From positions 64,001-104,273 of the IMG/VR virus record IMGVR_UViG_3300023371_001771: a stretch of 40,273 nucleotides of DNA. One strand, 5' to 3'. The notes beneath the pieces were generated by a model that was not told the DNA's origin, did no database searches, and worked only from the letters and a program-made list of their open reading frames with translations. The first letter of the stretch is position 1. Each line of letters begins with the position of its first letter. A program made the position numbers and the translations under genes. Below are positions 25,494 through 34,369 of this stretch, in pieces. Source of the DNA: a virus. Taxonomy: Duplodnaviria > Heunggongvirae > Uroviricota > Caudoviricetes.

Positions 25494-27911
25494 ATGGCTC
25501 ATAAAGTTTTAGTGGGCGGAACAGCCTATAATGTAACTGGCGGTAAAAGCATGGTTAGCGGCACAGTGTATGGTATTAAAAAAGGTAGAACTTTAGTTGG
25601 TGGAACTGGATATGATATTAAGTTTCTAGAAGATGCTTATGCTATGTTGTATAGTAGTGGTAACTTTGTATTCCAAAGAGGCGACGATGTTGCTGAGGGA
25701 GAGACGTTAGTTAAGAGTTATACTGGGTTTGAGGACAAAAAACCAGATACTGTGGTTGAAACACTATGGTATGGATATAGAAATAATATTATAAATGTTT
25801 CTTTTAAAGATGAAATAACTCCAATTTCACTATTTGCTTGGTTTTACACTTCACGAAATATTAAAATTATGGACCCTACTAATTTAAATTTAAGTCGCGC
25901 AACAAGTATGAGCAGAGCTTTTGAAGATTGTTATAATTTAATTAGATATCCTATATGTGGCGAAAATATTACTACTATGTATAGAGCATATAGCGATTGT
26001 TATAATTTAACAGGTTCTCCAGTATGCGGCAATAATGTCATTAATATGGCTAATACATATTATTACTGCAATAATTTAACTGGCTCTCCTATATGCGGTG
26101 AAAGAGTAATTGATATGAATTATTCATATTATAATTGCTCAAACTTAACTGGCTCACCTGTTTGTGGCGATAATGTTGTTAGTATGGCACGTACATATAC
26201 CAATTGTATAAACTTAACTGGCTCGCCTGTTTGTGGCAAAGAAGTTGTTGATATGACTGCCACTTATAGCAATTGCTATAACTTAACAGGTCAACCAGTT
26301 TGTGGCGAAAAAGTTACCACTATGAGTTATGCTTACCATAGTTGCACTAATCTTACAGGACATGTTGTTGTAGGTGAAAATGTTACAAATATTTCCCACA
26401 CATATTATTCATGTAGAAATCTTACAGGGTCTCCAGTATGTGGAGATAAGATTACAAATATGTATATGGCATATATGCAATGTTATAATTTAACTGGCTC
26501 TCCTGTGTGTGGAAATAATGTTATTGATATGTTTCGTGCTTATGAATCCTGTTCAAATCTAACGGGTTCGCCAGTTTGCGGGCCAAATGTGACTAATATG
26601 TGTAGCGCGTATTCGAGCTGCAAAGGTTTAACAGGGGTTCCAGCATGTGGCGATAAAGTTATAAATATGGCAAGTGCATTTTCAGGATGTACTGGTTTAA
26701 CTGGAAACCCAATATGTGGAAGTAATGTAACGGACATGGGTAGTGCTTACGCGGGCTGTACGGGTTTAACTGGCGTTCCAGTTTGCGGCGATAATGTAAC
26801 AAGCATGGAGAGTACTTATAGAGGATGTATTAATTTAACTGGTTCACCTGTTTGCGGAGAAAATGTTATTCATATGCCTAGTACCTATGAAAACTGCTTT
26901 AATATAACTGGTTCTCCTGTATGTGGTAGTAATGTAACTTCTATGCAACGCACTTATGCAAATTGTTATAACTTAACAGGTTCTCCAGTCTGTGGGGAGA
27001 ATGTTACAAGTATGGCGGGCGCATATTATAGATCTGGCGTAACTGGTTCCCCTGTATGTGGAGACAAGGTTACAACAATGCGTGAAACTTATGCTTCTAG
27101 TAAAATAACAGGCTCTCCAGTCTGTGGACCAAATGTAATAGATATGTATTATACTTATGTAGATTGCAGCATAACTGGTTCTCCAGTTTGTGGAAATAAT
27201 GTTACGAACATGAGCTGGGCATATTATGGCTGTAAAAAGCTTAATGGTCTTCCTGTTTGTGGAAAGAATGTTATTAATATGATTAGAACATATTATGGTT
27301 GTACCAATTTAATTGGTTCACCAGCATGTGGAAATAGTGTTGTAGATATGTTTGCCGCTTATGAAGCATGCAAAAATTTAACTGGTTCACCTATTTGTGG
27401 GGAAAATGTTGTTAGAATATCCAGTACATATCAAAATTGCACCAATCTTGCCACAAATGGATATTTCTATTCAGCAATTATTTCTGATGCCTCAAATTGC
27501 TTTAATGGCAGAAATAGACAAACATATTTAAACCTTTATGTTCCAGTTAATTCTGTTACTTTAAATACTGTTTTGATTAATAACTCCAATTCTCTCATAG
27601 GCAGAACAATAACTTGGACAAATGATATTGCCACAAATGGCTGTTATTACAACACTGCATATAATATTTATATTTATCCAGTGGAAAGCGTAGAAGCCAC
27701 ACGGTTTGAAAACGAATTTGATGAAACATTAAATTTATCAGATGAAAATGATGATAGATATTTTGATGTTATTGAAGAATCCATCAAAGCTAAAACAGAA
27801 TGGGTATGCGCGGCGACTTCATTGAGTATTGATAACGGATATGCATTCGCTATAAGTGTAAATCTACATGATCTAGAAAATGTAACAATTGAAAATATGG
27901 AGGTGAAATAA
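25494..27911 (+). CDS. 23-aa Cys-rich LRR-variant repeat protein B, 805 aa
   Basis: 21 full repeats (three of 22 aa); same C-cap as protein A (NGCYYNTAYNIYIYPV); N-terminal LVGGTxY hairpin repeats. Confidence 0.8.
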   Translation: MAHKVLVGGTAYNVTGGKSMVSGTVYGIKKGRTLVGGTGYDIKFLEDAYAMLYSSGNFVFQRGDDVAEGETLVKSYTGFEDKKPDTVVETLWYGYRNNIINVSFKDEITPISLFAWFYTSRNIKIMDPTNLNLSRATSMSRAFEDCYNLIRYPICGENITTMYRAYSDCYNLTGSPVCGNNVINMANTYYYCNNLTGSPICGERVIDMNYSYYNCSNLTGSPVCGDNVVSMARTYTNCINLTGSPVCGKEVVDMTATYSNCYNLTGQPVCGEKVTTMSYAYHSCTNLTGHVVVGENVTNISHTYYSCRNLTGSPVCGDKITNMYMAYMQCYNLTGSPVCGNNVIDMFRAYESCSNLTGSPVCGPNVTNMCSAYSSCKGLTGVPACGDKVINMASAFSGCTGLTGNPICGSNVTDMGSAYAGCTGLTGVPVCGDNVTSMESTYRGCINLTGSPVCGENVIHMPSTYENCFNITGSPVCGSNVTSMQRTYANCYNLTGSPVCGENVTSMAGAYYRSGVTGSPVCGDKVTTMRETYASSKITGSPVCGPNVIDMYYTYVDCSITGSPVCGNNVTNMSWAYYGCKKLNGLPVCGKNVINMIRTYYGCTNLIGSPACGNSVVDMFAAYEACKNLTGSPICGENVVRISSTYQNCTNLATNGYFYSAIISDASNCFNGRNRQTYLNLYVPVNSVTLNTVLINNSNSLIGRTITWTNDIATNGCYYNTAYNIYIYPVESVEATRFENEFDETLNLSDENDDRYFDVIEESIKAKTEWVCAATSLSIDNGYAFAISVNLHDLENVTIENMEVK
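25968..27407 (+). repeat. 21 coding tandem repeats (18 x 69 nt, 3 x 66 nt)
   Basis: GSPVCG-encoding core recurs with a 69/66-nt period. Confidence 0.9.
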
Positions 27912-27913
27912 GA

Positions 27914-28996
27914 ATGAATTATAATTCTATAGATGAAATTTTATCTGCTGGTATTACAAACATGGAAGTAATTAGGGACAATACCAAACAAGATGATGGC
28001 ACAGATACCATTACTGGCGTATCATGGTTTACTTTTAATGGAACTGTTGCGTCCACTATTTACGTAAGTGGCAACTCTTGGATTGGGTTTGGCTCAAGTT
28101 CAGAACATTTAAAAGTAAATAGAAGAAATGGAGCAATGTGGTCATTTTATAGAGAAGAAGGAACATTATATGATTATTATAAATTTCTAAAGATAAGATG
28201 GAAAGGATACAGCCGAAATAGTCAAACTTCATTTTCGTATGCTATAGAATATGACGTAATTCTTTGGGATACTGGCGATATATCTCTCCATATGATTTCC
28301 ATTCCTACTTCATATAATACTGGAACATATTCGTTAGTTGCCTCTTCTACTTATACTTATAATGTTTCTACTACATCTCCATATGTTACATTTACAAAAA
28401 CGGACGCGGGATTTGATGTAAAAAATGAAATTATTAACTTAGAGTTTCCATACGAAAAAATATATTTAATTCGTTCTGGTTCTACTTACTATACTGTTGT
28501 GAATGACGTTCTTAGTGAAGTTATTGGTGCAGATATTTCTTCTACAACATTTTTAAATTATGGTATTAAAATGATTCCAGAATTATCTTTGTTAGCTGGT
28601 TTGTCCAATCCTGAAATACTTTATTGGACTGACAGTGAAAAGTGTCTTATAAACAATTTAAGAATTCAAGGTTCACCTTCTCCTCAATTAATACACTACA
28701 ATCCACAAACTATACCAGAAGGTTCAGGAATCAAAGGAATTGAAGCAAAACGTGCACATGATGATGTTTTATTCACCATCACTTTCAATGGTGGCACAAC
28801 ATGGCATTATTATGATACTGTAACCATGACATGGATTACGGCAGAGTCAAATTTAGTTGGTATGAGTCCATCTGTTCTAAAAGCTTTGATACCAAGTATA
28901 TGGGCAGAAATTACAACGTCTTCTACGTTTCAAATTCGTTGCTTGTTGCCATCAACAGAAAGTTATGTTGATAAAATATATGTTGGATATGTTTAA
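27914..28996 (+). CDS. Hypothetical beta-rich virion protein, 360 aa
   Basis: Starts 2 nt after the previous stop; aromatic, Ser/Thr-rich beta protein. Confidence 0.55.
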   Translation: MNYNSIDEILSAGITNMEVIRDNTKQDDGTDTITGVSWFTFNGTVASTIYVSGNSWIGFGSSSEHLKVNRRNGAMWSFYREEGTLYDYYKFLKIRWKGYSRNSQTSFSYAIEYDVILWDTGDISLHMISIPTSYNTGTYSLVASSTYTYNVSTTSPYVTFTKTDAGFDVKNEIINLEFPYEKIYLIRSGSTYYTVVNDVLSEVIGADISSTTFLNYGIKMIPELSLLAGLSNPEILYWTDSEKCLINNLRIQGSPSPQLIHYNPQTIPEGSGIKGIEAKRAHDDVLFTITFNGGTTWHYYDTVTMTWITAESNLVGMSPSVLKALIPSIWAEITTSSTFQIRCLLPSTESYVDKIYVGYV

Positions 28997-29094
28997 ATAA
29001 AAAGAATACAAAATAAAAAATGCTTGCGTGAGGATATACACTTGCGTAAGCATTTTGGATAAACCAAAACTTCTTAATAGGAGGTTGATTAATA

Positions 29095-29463
29095 ATGGCG
29101 ACTTATATTGAGATTAACGAAGTAAGATATCCTGCCAGTATTACTGGCAGACTAGTTGATAGAGACTGGGATGACAGAGAATCCAAGGCTATCAAGTTAG
29201 AGATGTCTTACGCTGATGCTATTGCGCTTTTCGTTGATGATATTTCTTGGAGTATTGTTCAGGACATTGAAGAAGTTACTGTAGAATATGACGAAGAGGC
29301 AGGCGAAATGGTGTCTAAAACTACAACTAAGTATGAATATTTTGATAACAGCGAATATAGCATTGCTGGCGATGTTGTAGATCACAGAGATGGTACTGTT
29401 ACTGTAAAAATGGGCAAGTCTACTGCGGCAGAATTGCTTGCTATGCTTGAGGAGGTGCTGTAA
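29095..29463 (+). CDS. Hypothetical acidic phage protein, 122 aa
   Basis: SD AGGAGG; tightly linked to the CBM gene. Confidence 0.6.
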   Translation: MATYIEINEVRYPASITGRLVDRDWDDRESKAIKLEMSYADAIALFVDDISWSIVQDIEEVTVEYDEEAGEMVSKTTTKYEYFDNSEYSIAGDVVDHRDGTVTVKMGKSTAAELLAMLEEVL

Positions 29464-29465
29464 TT

Positions 29466-29867
29466 ATGCTGACAAAATCTAAAGCAAAAGCAATTGTAGA
29501 TGCTCTTGTTAAACTTCGTAATTTGGCTACAGATGAACAAGCGATAGAAGTTCCTGCGCTGTATCCAGTTTGGTCAGAAGAAATTATGTATGAAGTTGGC
29601 GAGAGAGTTGTATATAATGATGTTTTATACAAGGTGCTGCAATCACACACTTCTCAAGCAGATTGGACTCCAGATGTAGCAGTTAGCCTATTTGCTAAAG
29701 TTCTTATTGTGGATGAAAATGTTGTTTCTGAATGGGAGCAGCCTGAAAGTACTAATCCTTATATGACTGGCGATAAAGTTTCTTATAATGGTAAGACTTA
29801 TGTTTCTACTGTTGATAATAACGTATGGTCGCCCGACACATATGGTTGGCAGGAAGTAACTGAATAA
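29466..29867 (+). CDS. Protein with two CBM5/12-type carbohydrate-binding modules, 133 aa
   Basis: W....Y.VGERVVYNDVLYKVLQSHTSQADWTP and Y..GDKVSYNGKTY.S..DNNVWSP...W. Confidence 0.75.
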   Translation: MLTKSKAKAIVDALVKLRNLATDEQAIEVPALYPVWSEEIMYEVGERVVYNDVLYKVLQSHTSQADWTPDVAVSLFAKVLIVDENVVSEWEQPESTNPYMTGDKVSYNGKTYVSTVDNNVWSPDTYGWQEVTE

Positions 29868-29901
29868 AACTTAATACTCACATCGATAGGAGGTGAGAAA
29901 A

Positions 29902-30600
29902 GTGTCGCAAAATATATTCAAAATTTATGACGGACGCACAAATTTCTGGCAATGGGATACTAAACAAAAGTTAATTGTTTTAGATGAACGTGTTACAGAA
30001 GTGCGTTTTTCAAATAGAAACATGGAGCACTCTAAGCGCAGACCTGTTTATACTGACAAAGATGGTGTGCGCATTTGTAATGTACCTGATATTCTACTAC
30101 AGCTTCCCAAGAATTTGATCGCATATGCGATTGTTAAAGGCGAAGATGGATGCTGCAGTACACTCAAGGCGGTCAAGTTTGCCGTTTATCAGCAGCCAAT
30201 TCCTACCGATTATATTTGTGAACAAGATGCGGTTGTTGATGATATTCTTATGAGGCTTGAAATTCTTGAAAGTCTGCTTAAGGATGTTTCAACTGGCGCA
30301 CAGCAGCTTACTAAGTTTACTAGCATGGTTGATGCGGCCAAGTGGGCTATTGAAGATGGACAGCCTGGAGATATTGTTGTTATAAAGCTGGATATCGGCT
30401 GGGTGCCACATGTTGTTGAAGAGGACAAGAGTCTCACTCCAATTTGCAATTGTGATGGTGAGATGGTTACTATTAAGCTTGATGGTGATGATGCCGATGG
30501 AATCCCAAGCGGAGAAATTGAAGTATTCTACGATGGAAACTACGTAGAAGACGAAAATTTAATTCAATATTTTGATGGTGGAAGCGCTGCTGGCATTTAA
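29902..30600 (+). CDS. Fibre-anchoring (BppU N-terminal-like) protein, 232 aa
   Basis: GTG 29902 follows GGAGGT; FWQWD.KQKL...VRF.N...ICNVPDILLQ; ends FDGGSAAGI. Confidence 0.45.
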   Translation: MSQNIFKIYDGRTNFWQWDTKQKLIVLDERVTEVRFSNRNMEHSKRRPVYTDKDGVRICNVPDILLQLPKNLIAYAIVKGEDGCCSTLKAVKFAVYQQPIPTDYICEQDAVVDDILMRLEILESLLKDVSTGAQQLTKFTSMVDAAKWAIEDGQPGDIVVIKLDIGWVPHVVEEDKSLTPICNCDGEMVTIKLDGDDADGIPSGEIEVFYDGNYVEDENLIQYFDGGSAAGI

Positions 30601-30650
30601 TATGTCAGTAGCTTTTTCATATATAAAATCTTAAGAAAGGATGATGTTAA

Positions 30651-32051
30651 ATGGCAACGAAAGTTATTAAGACGGTCTTTCAATTTAGAAGAGCAACGAC
30701 CGCCGAATGGCTTGCCAACAAGGACGTTATTCCTGCCCCAGGTGAACCTTGTTACGATTTAACTGCGCATACACTAAGAATTGGTGATGGCGTTCTCACA
30801 TATGAGAATCTACCAGTTATTGGTGGCGTAGACGTAAAGGTAGAAGCCGACGGCAAATCTATTGTCCTAGAAGACGATGTTTTTAAACTTGCGGGTTTTG
30901 ATGCTGCCGCAACTGGCGCTCAGCCCCGCAAAAATGACAAAGGCGAATTAGAATGGGTTGTTCCTTCTACTGAAGCGTTTGACGATCTAAAGTCTGAAGT
31001 GGAAACTCTACAGGAGACAGTTACCACTATTAAGGAGATTGTCACACCTTCTGCTGATGGTGCTGCTCCACTGCTTTCTAGACTTGAAACTCTAGAGCAC
31101 AAAATGGACAAAACTGGCGATGGTACAGTTGACGCCAAGATTGATGCAAAGATTAAGGAATTTGCCTCTGACCTAACTGAGAATGATAAGGTTGACACTT
31201 TACTTGAGCTTATCAATTATGTTGACACTCACGGCAAAGACGTTGCTGGTATGGTTGCTGACATTGCAGCCCTTCAGGATCTAGTTGGCGATACATCTGT
31301 TGAAGAGCAGATTGAAGCGGCTGGTCATGTATCTAAGGATGAAGCTGCTGTAACTCTACAGCGCATAAAGTACGAGATTTCTCATAAACCAGTTGGCACT
31401 CTAGTTGATTACAACGACAAGGAAATCAGAGTTATGGTTCCTGCTAATACCCAGTGGGTAAAGCAGTCTGTTGGTAGCACTGGCAATGCTAACATGTATT
31501 ATATGGGCTTTAAAGCCTATGCTCCCGAAGGCGCTGTAAGCTTCAAAGAAGGCGATAAGGGTGTTGTCGAAGACAAGATGTTCACATTTGACGATGACTT
31601 TGCTGGCATTGACGAATATGGCAGAAAGTATAGTATTGTTTGGCTTGCGCTTGCGTCCTATGATGAGGCGAAAGATGAGTGGACTTACTTCGGCAAGAAC
31701 TCTTCTGCGAAGAAGTATGTTGGTTGGACTTACGTTGTTGAATGGTATGATGCTGATGGTGCGATCATTGAATCTGACTGTATCCGCATTAACCTGAGCA
31801 ATGAATCTTGTCATAACATTGTTGAACCCTATTATGCTACAAACCTGATTAAGGGCGTTAGCGTTGGTGGATCCCTACTAGATATTGTTGATGGTGTTGT
31901 TAGTATTCCCGCTTTTGCTGGTCTCAAGAGCTCTGATGAAATTGTTGTCAATGAAGATGGTACGCTAAGTGTTGGTGTTATCAGCTTTGACAAGATTGCT
32001 CAGGGTGAAGGTGAAGTCATCATTATGGATGGCGGCAATGCAGTGGGTTAA
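30651..32051 (+). CDS. Fibre protein with Mtd_N-like head, 466 aa
   Basis: FQFRRATTAEW...IPAPGEPCYD....LRIGDGVLTYENLP; ends IIMDGGNAVG. Confidence 0.7.
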   Translation: MATKVIKTVFQFRRATTAEWLANKDVIPAPGEPCYDLTAHTLRIGDGVLTYENLPVIGGVDVKVEADGKSIVLEDDVFKLAGFDAAATGAQPRKNDKGELEWVVPSTEAFDDLKSEVETLQETVTTIKEIVTPSADGAAPLLSRLETLEHKMDKTGDGTVDAKIDAKIKEFASDLTENDKVDTLLELINYVDTHGKDVAGMVADIAALQDLVGDTSVEEQIEAAGHVSKDEAAVTLQRIKYEISHKPVGTLVDYNDKEIRVMVPANTQWVKQSVGSTGNANMYYMGFKAYAPEGAVSFKEGDKGVVEDKMFTFDDDFAGIDEYGRKYSIVWLALASYDEAKDEWTYFGKNSSAKKYVGWTYVVEWYDADGAIIESDCIRINLSNESCHNIVEPYYATNLIKGVSVGGSLLDIVDGVVSIPAFAGLKSSDEIVVNEDGTLSVGVISFDKIAQGEGEVIIMDGGNAVG

Positions 32052-32088
32052 TATTAAAAAATTATTTATTTAAAGGAGAGAATTGATT

Positions 32089-33939
32089 ATGGCTATTGAA
32101 AATGCAAAGACTCTAAATGTAAGAATTAAGAATAAGTATGACTCCTATGAAAACTGGGCTGAATCTGGTCTCATTCTAGAAGCTGGCGAAATTGCTATTG
32201 CGTATACTACTGTTAATGTTGAAGTTGGTAACGGTAAGATTGAACAGCATCCCGAACTACTAATGAAGGTCGGTGATGGCTCCAAAACTTTTGCGAACCT
32301 TCCTTGGCTAAGCGCGAAGGCTGCTGACGTAGCTGCTTGGGCCAAGGCCGCAACCAAGCCCACTTATGCTGCCAGCGAAATCACTGGTATTGATGCCAAG
32401 ATCGCTGACTATGTTACCAATGAGATGGGCATTCAGGTTGACACTGATACCCAGTACAAGATGGTTAAGGTAAATGATTATCAGTACAAGCTAATGGCTA
32501 AGTCCAAGGCTGATGCTGACTACACTGTTGAAGTTGGCACCATCGAGATCCCCAATGACACCGCAGCTATTTCTGCTCTTGAAGCTCTAGTTGGTACCGA
32601 TTCTGTTGCAACTCAGATTGCAGACGCTCTAAAGGTGTATTCTACCACCGAGCAGATGAACGCTGCAATCGCTACCGCTAAGGGCGAAGCAGTGTCTCAT
32701 GCTGATGGTCTAAACACCGCCATGAATACCCGTGTTGCTGCTCTAGAGGCCATTGATCACACTCACACCTTCGTTGAGTCTGAGCTAAACCTCATCAAGG
32801 AAGGCGACGTTGAAAAGTGGAACGCTGCTGAGCAGAATGCCAAGACCTATGCCAAGGACTATGCTGACGGTCTAAATACTGCTATGGACGAGCGTGTTGC
32901 TGAACTAGAGGGTATGTTCGGTGATGGCGAAGGCACTGTTGAAGCTCAGATCGAAGCTGCTGTTGCTGCCGAGGCTGCACTACGTGAGGCTGCTGACAAT
33001 GGTCTTTCCGGCAGAATCAAGGCTATCGAGGATGACCATCTAGTTGGCGCTGACAAGACTGCCCTACAGGAGCAGATCACCGCTAACGCTGATGCTATTG
33101 AAGATCTAGAAGAGCTAGTTGGCACTACCGCTGTTGCTACCCAGATCGAAGAGGCCGTTGCCGCTGAAGCTGAAATCGCTCGTGCTGCCGAGAAGGCCAA
33201 TGCTGATGCTATTGGTGTTCTAAATGGTGATGCCGAAACCGCAGGCTCTGTTGACTACAAGATCGCTCAGAAGTTCGCTACTCTAATGGAGAATCCTGAC
33301 GAAGCAATGAACTCCATTCAGGAGCTAGTTGACTGGACCACTGAGCATGCTGGTTCCGCTCTAGAGATGAGCAATCAGGTTACTGCCAATAAGAACGCTA
33401 TTGCTACCCTAAACGGTGGTGCTGATGTTGCTGGCTCTGTGGACAAGAAGATTGCTGATGCCATTGCCGCTGAAAATCTATCTCAGTATGCTACTGACAC
33501 TGAGCTTTCTGGTGTCGATTCCAGACTACAGGCCGTTGAGACCGCTATTGGCGAGACTGGCTCTGTTGCTACCGCTATTGAAGGCGCTGTGACCGAAGCT
33601 AAGGGTTACACTGATGCTGAAGTTAAGAAGCTTGCTGAGGGCGCTGTTGCTGACAATGCTGCTGCCATTGGCGAGCTAGAGGAGCTAGTTGGTACCACTG
33701 CAGTTTCCACTCAGATCGAAAATGCTATTGCCGCTCTAAAGATCGGCGATTATGCTAAGGCCGCTGACCTAACTGCTGCTATCGAACAGCACGCTAAGGA
33801 TAAGAAGACTCTTGAGGATGCTATCGCTCTAAAGGCAAATGACGCTGATCTAGCTGCTATCGCTAAGACTGGCTCTACTGACGATCTAGTTCAGGGTACT
33901 CAAGTCCTCGTGTTCGACTGCGGTACCTCTGCTGTCTAA
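32089..33939 (+). CDS. Long Ala-rich coiled-coil fibre with Mtd_N-like head, 616 aa
   Basis: RIKNKYD...W...LILEAGEIAI...MKVGDG.KTFANLPW; repeated LExLVGTxxVxTQI; ends VLVFDCGTSAV. Confidence 0.7.
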   Translation: MAIENAKTLNVRIKNKYDSYENWAESGLILEAGEIAIAYTTVNVEVGNGKIEQHPELLMKVGDGSKTFANLPWLSAKAADVAAWAKAATKPTYAASEITGIDAKIADYVTNEMGIQVDTDTQYKMVKVNDYQYKLMAKSKADADYTVEVGTIEIPNDTAAISALEALVGTDSVATQIADALKVYSTTEQMNAAIATAKGEAVSHADGLNTAMNTRVAALEAIDHTHTFVESELNLIKEGDVEKWNAAEQNAKTYAKDYADGLNTAMDERVAELEGMFGDGEGTVEAQIEAAVAAEAALREAADNGLSGRIKAIEDDHLVGADKTALQEQITANADAIEDLEELVGTTAVATQIEEAVAAEAEIARAAEKANADAIGVLNGDAETAGSVDYKIAQKFATLMENPDEAMNSIQELVDWTTEHAGSALEMSNQVTANKNAIATLNGGADVAGSVDKKIADAIAAENLSQYATDTELSGVDSRLQAVETAIGETGSVATAIEGAVTEAKGYTDAEVKKLAEGAVADNAAAIGELEELVGTTAVSTQIENAIAALKIGDYAKAADLTAAIEQHAKDKKTLEDAIALKANDADLAAIAKTGSTDDLVQGTQVLVFDCGTSAV

Positions 33940-33963
33940 TTTAATATAACTTAATTATTTGGG

Positions 33964-34000
33964 GCCGCCCTGTTGATTACAACGGGGCGGTTCTATTTAT
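33964..34000 (+). terminator. Intrinsic terminator
   Basis: GCCGCCCTGTTG-ATTA-CAACGGGGCGGT followed by TCTATTTAT. Confidence 0.65.
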
Positions 34001-34017
34001 GTATGGGGGTGTTGCCC

Positions 34018-34356
34018 ATGTTTCATAAATTATTTGAAATGAAGCTTAAAAGAATTGAAAAACGCGGAGAGCGTCAAAAGCGTAAGCATGAGCTTCAAGC
34101 TAAGTATGCGGAATATTATCCCAGCAAGCATAGGAAGGTTTCTAATGTAATGCTTGTTGTGATTGTAATTGCAATTGTTGGATTTGCAATTGCTGATTAT
34201 ATTTTACAGTATTATATGGGAATGGAAATTAGTTCAACTTTGACGACATGTTGGTTTTCATTCTGGGGCGCTGAAATCGTTGGGCTGACAGGAATAAAAG
34301 TGAGTAAAGTTTTAAAAACATATAGGCAAGAAAATGAAGAAGATAGTGTAGGGTAA
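34018..34356 (+). CDS. Small two-TM membrane protein (holin-like), 112 aa
   Basis: ATG 34018 lies after the terminator; basic N-terminus followed by two hydrophobic segments. Confidence 0.5.
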   Translation: MFHKLFEMKLKRIEKRGERQKRKHELQAKYAEYYPSKHRKVSNVMLVVIVIAIVGFAIADYILQYYMGMEISSTLTTCWFSFWGAEIVGLTGIKVSKVLKTYRQENEEDSVG

Positions 34357-34369
34357 AGAGGTGTAGATT

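Noticed and set aside
20095-27407. Regularly spaced 69-nt repeats as a CRISPR array
   Set aside because: They are in-frame coding repeats with synonymous variation and no spacer/repeat architecture; no cas genes are present.
19897-27911. Diversity-generating retroelement acting on the variable repeats
   Set aside because: No reverse transcriptase and no near-identical template/variable pair differing only at adenines in this window. It cannot be excluded elsewhere in the genome.
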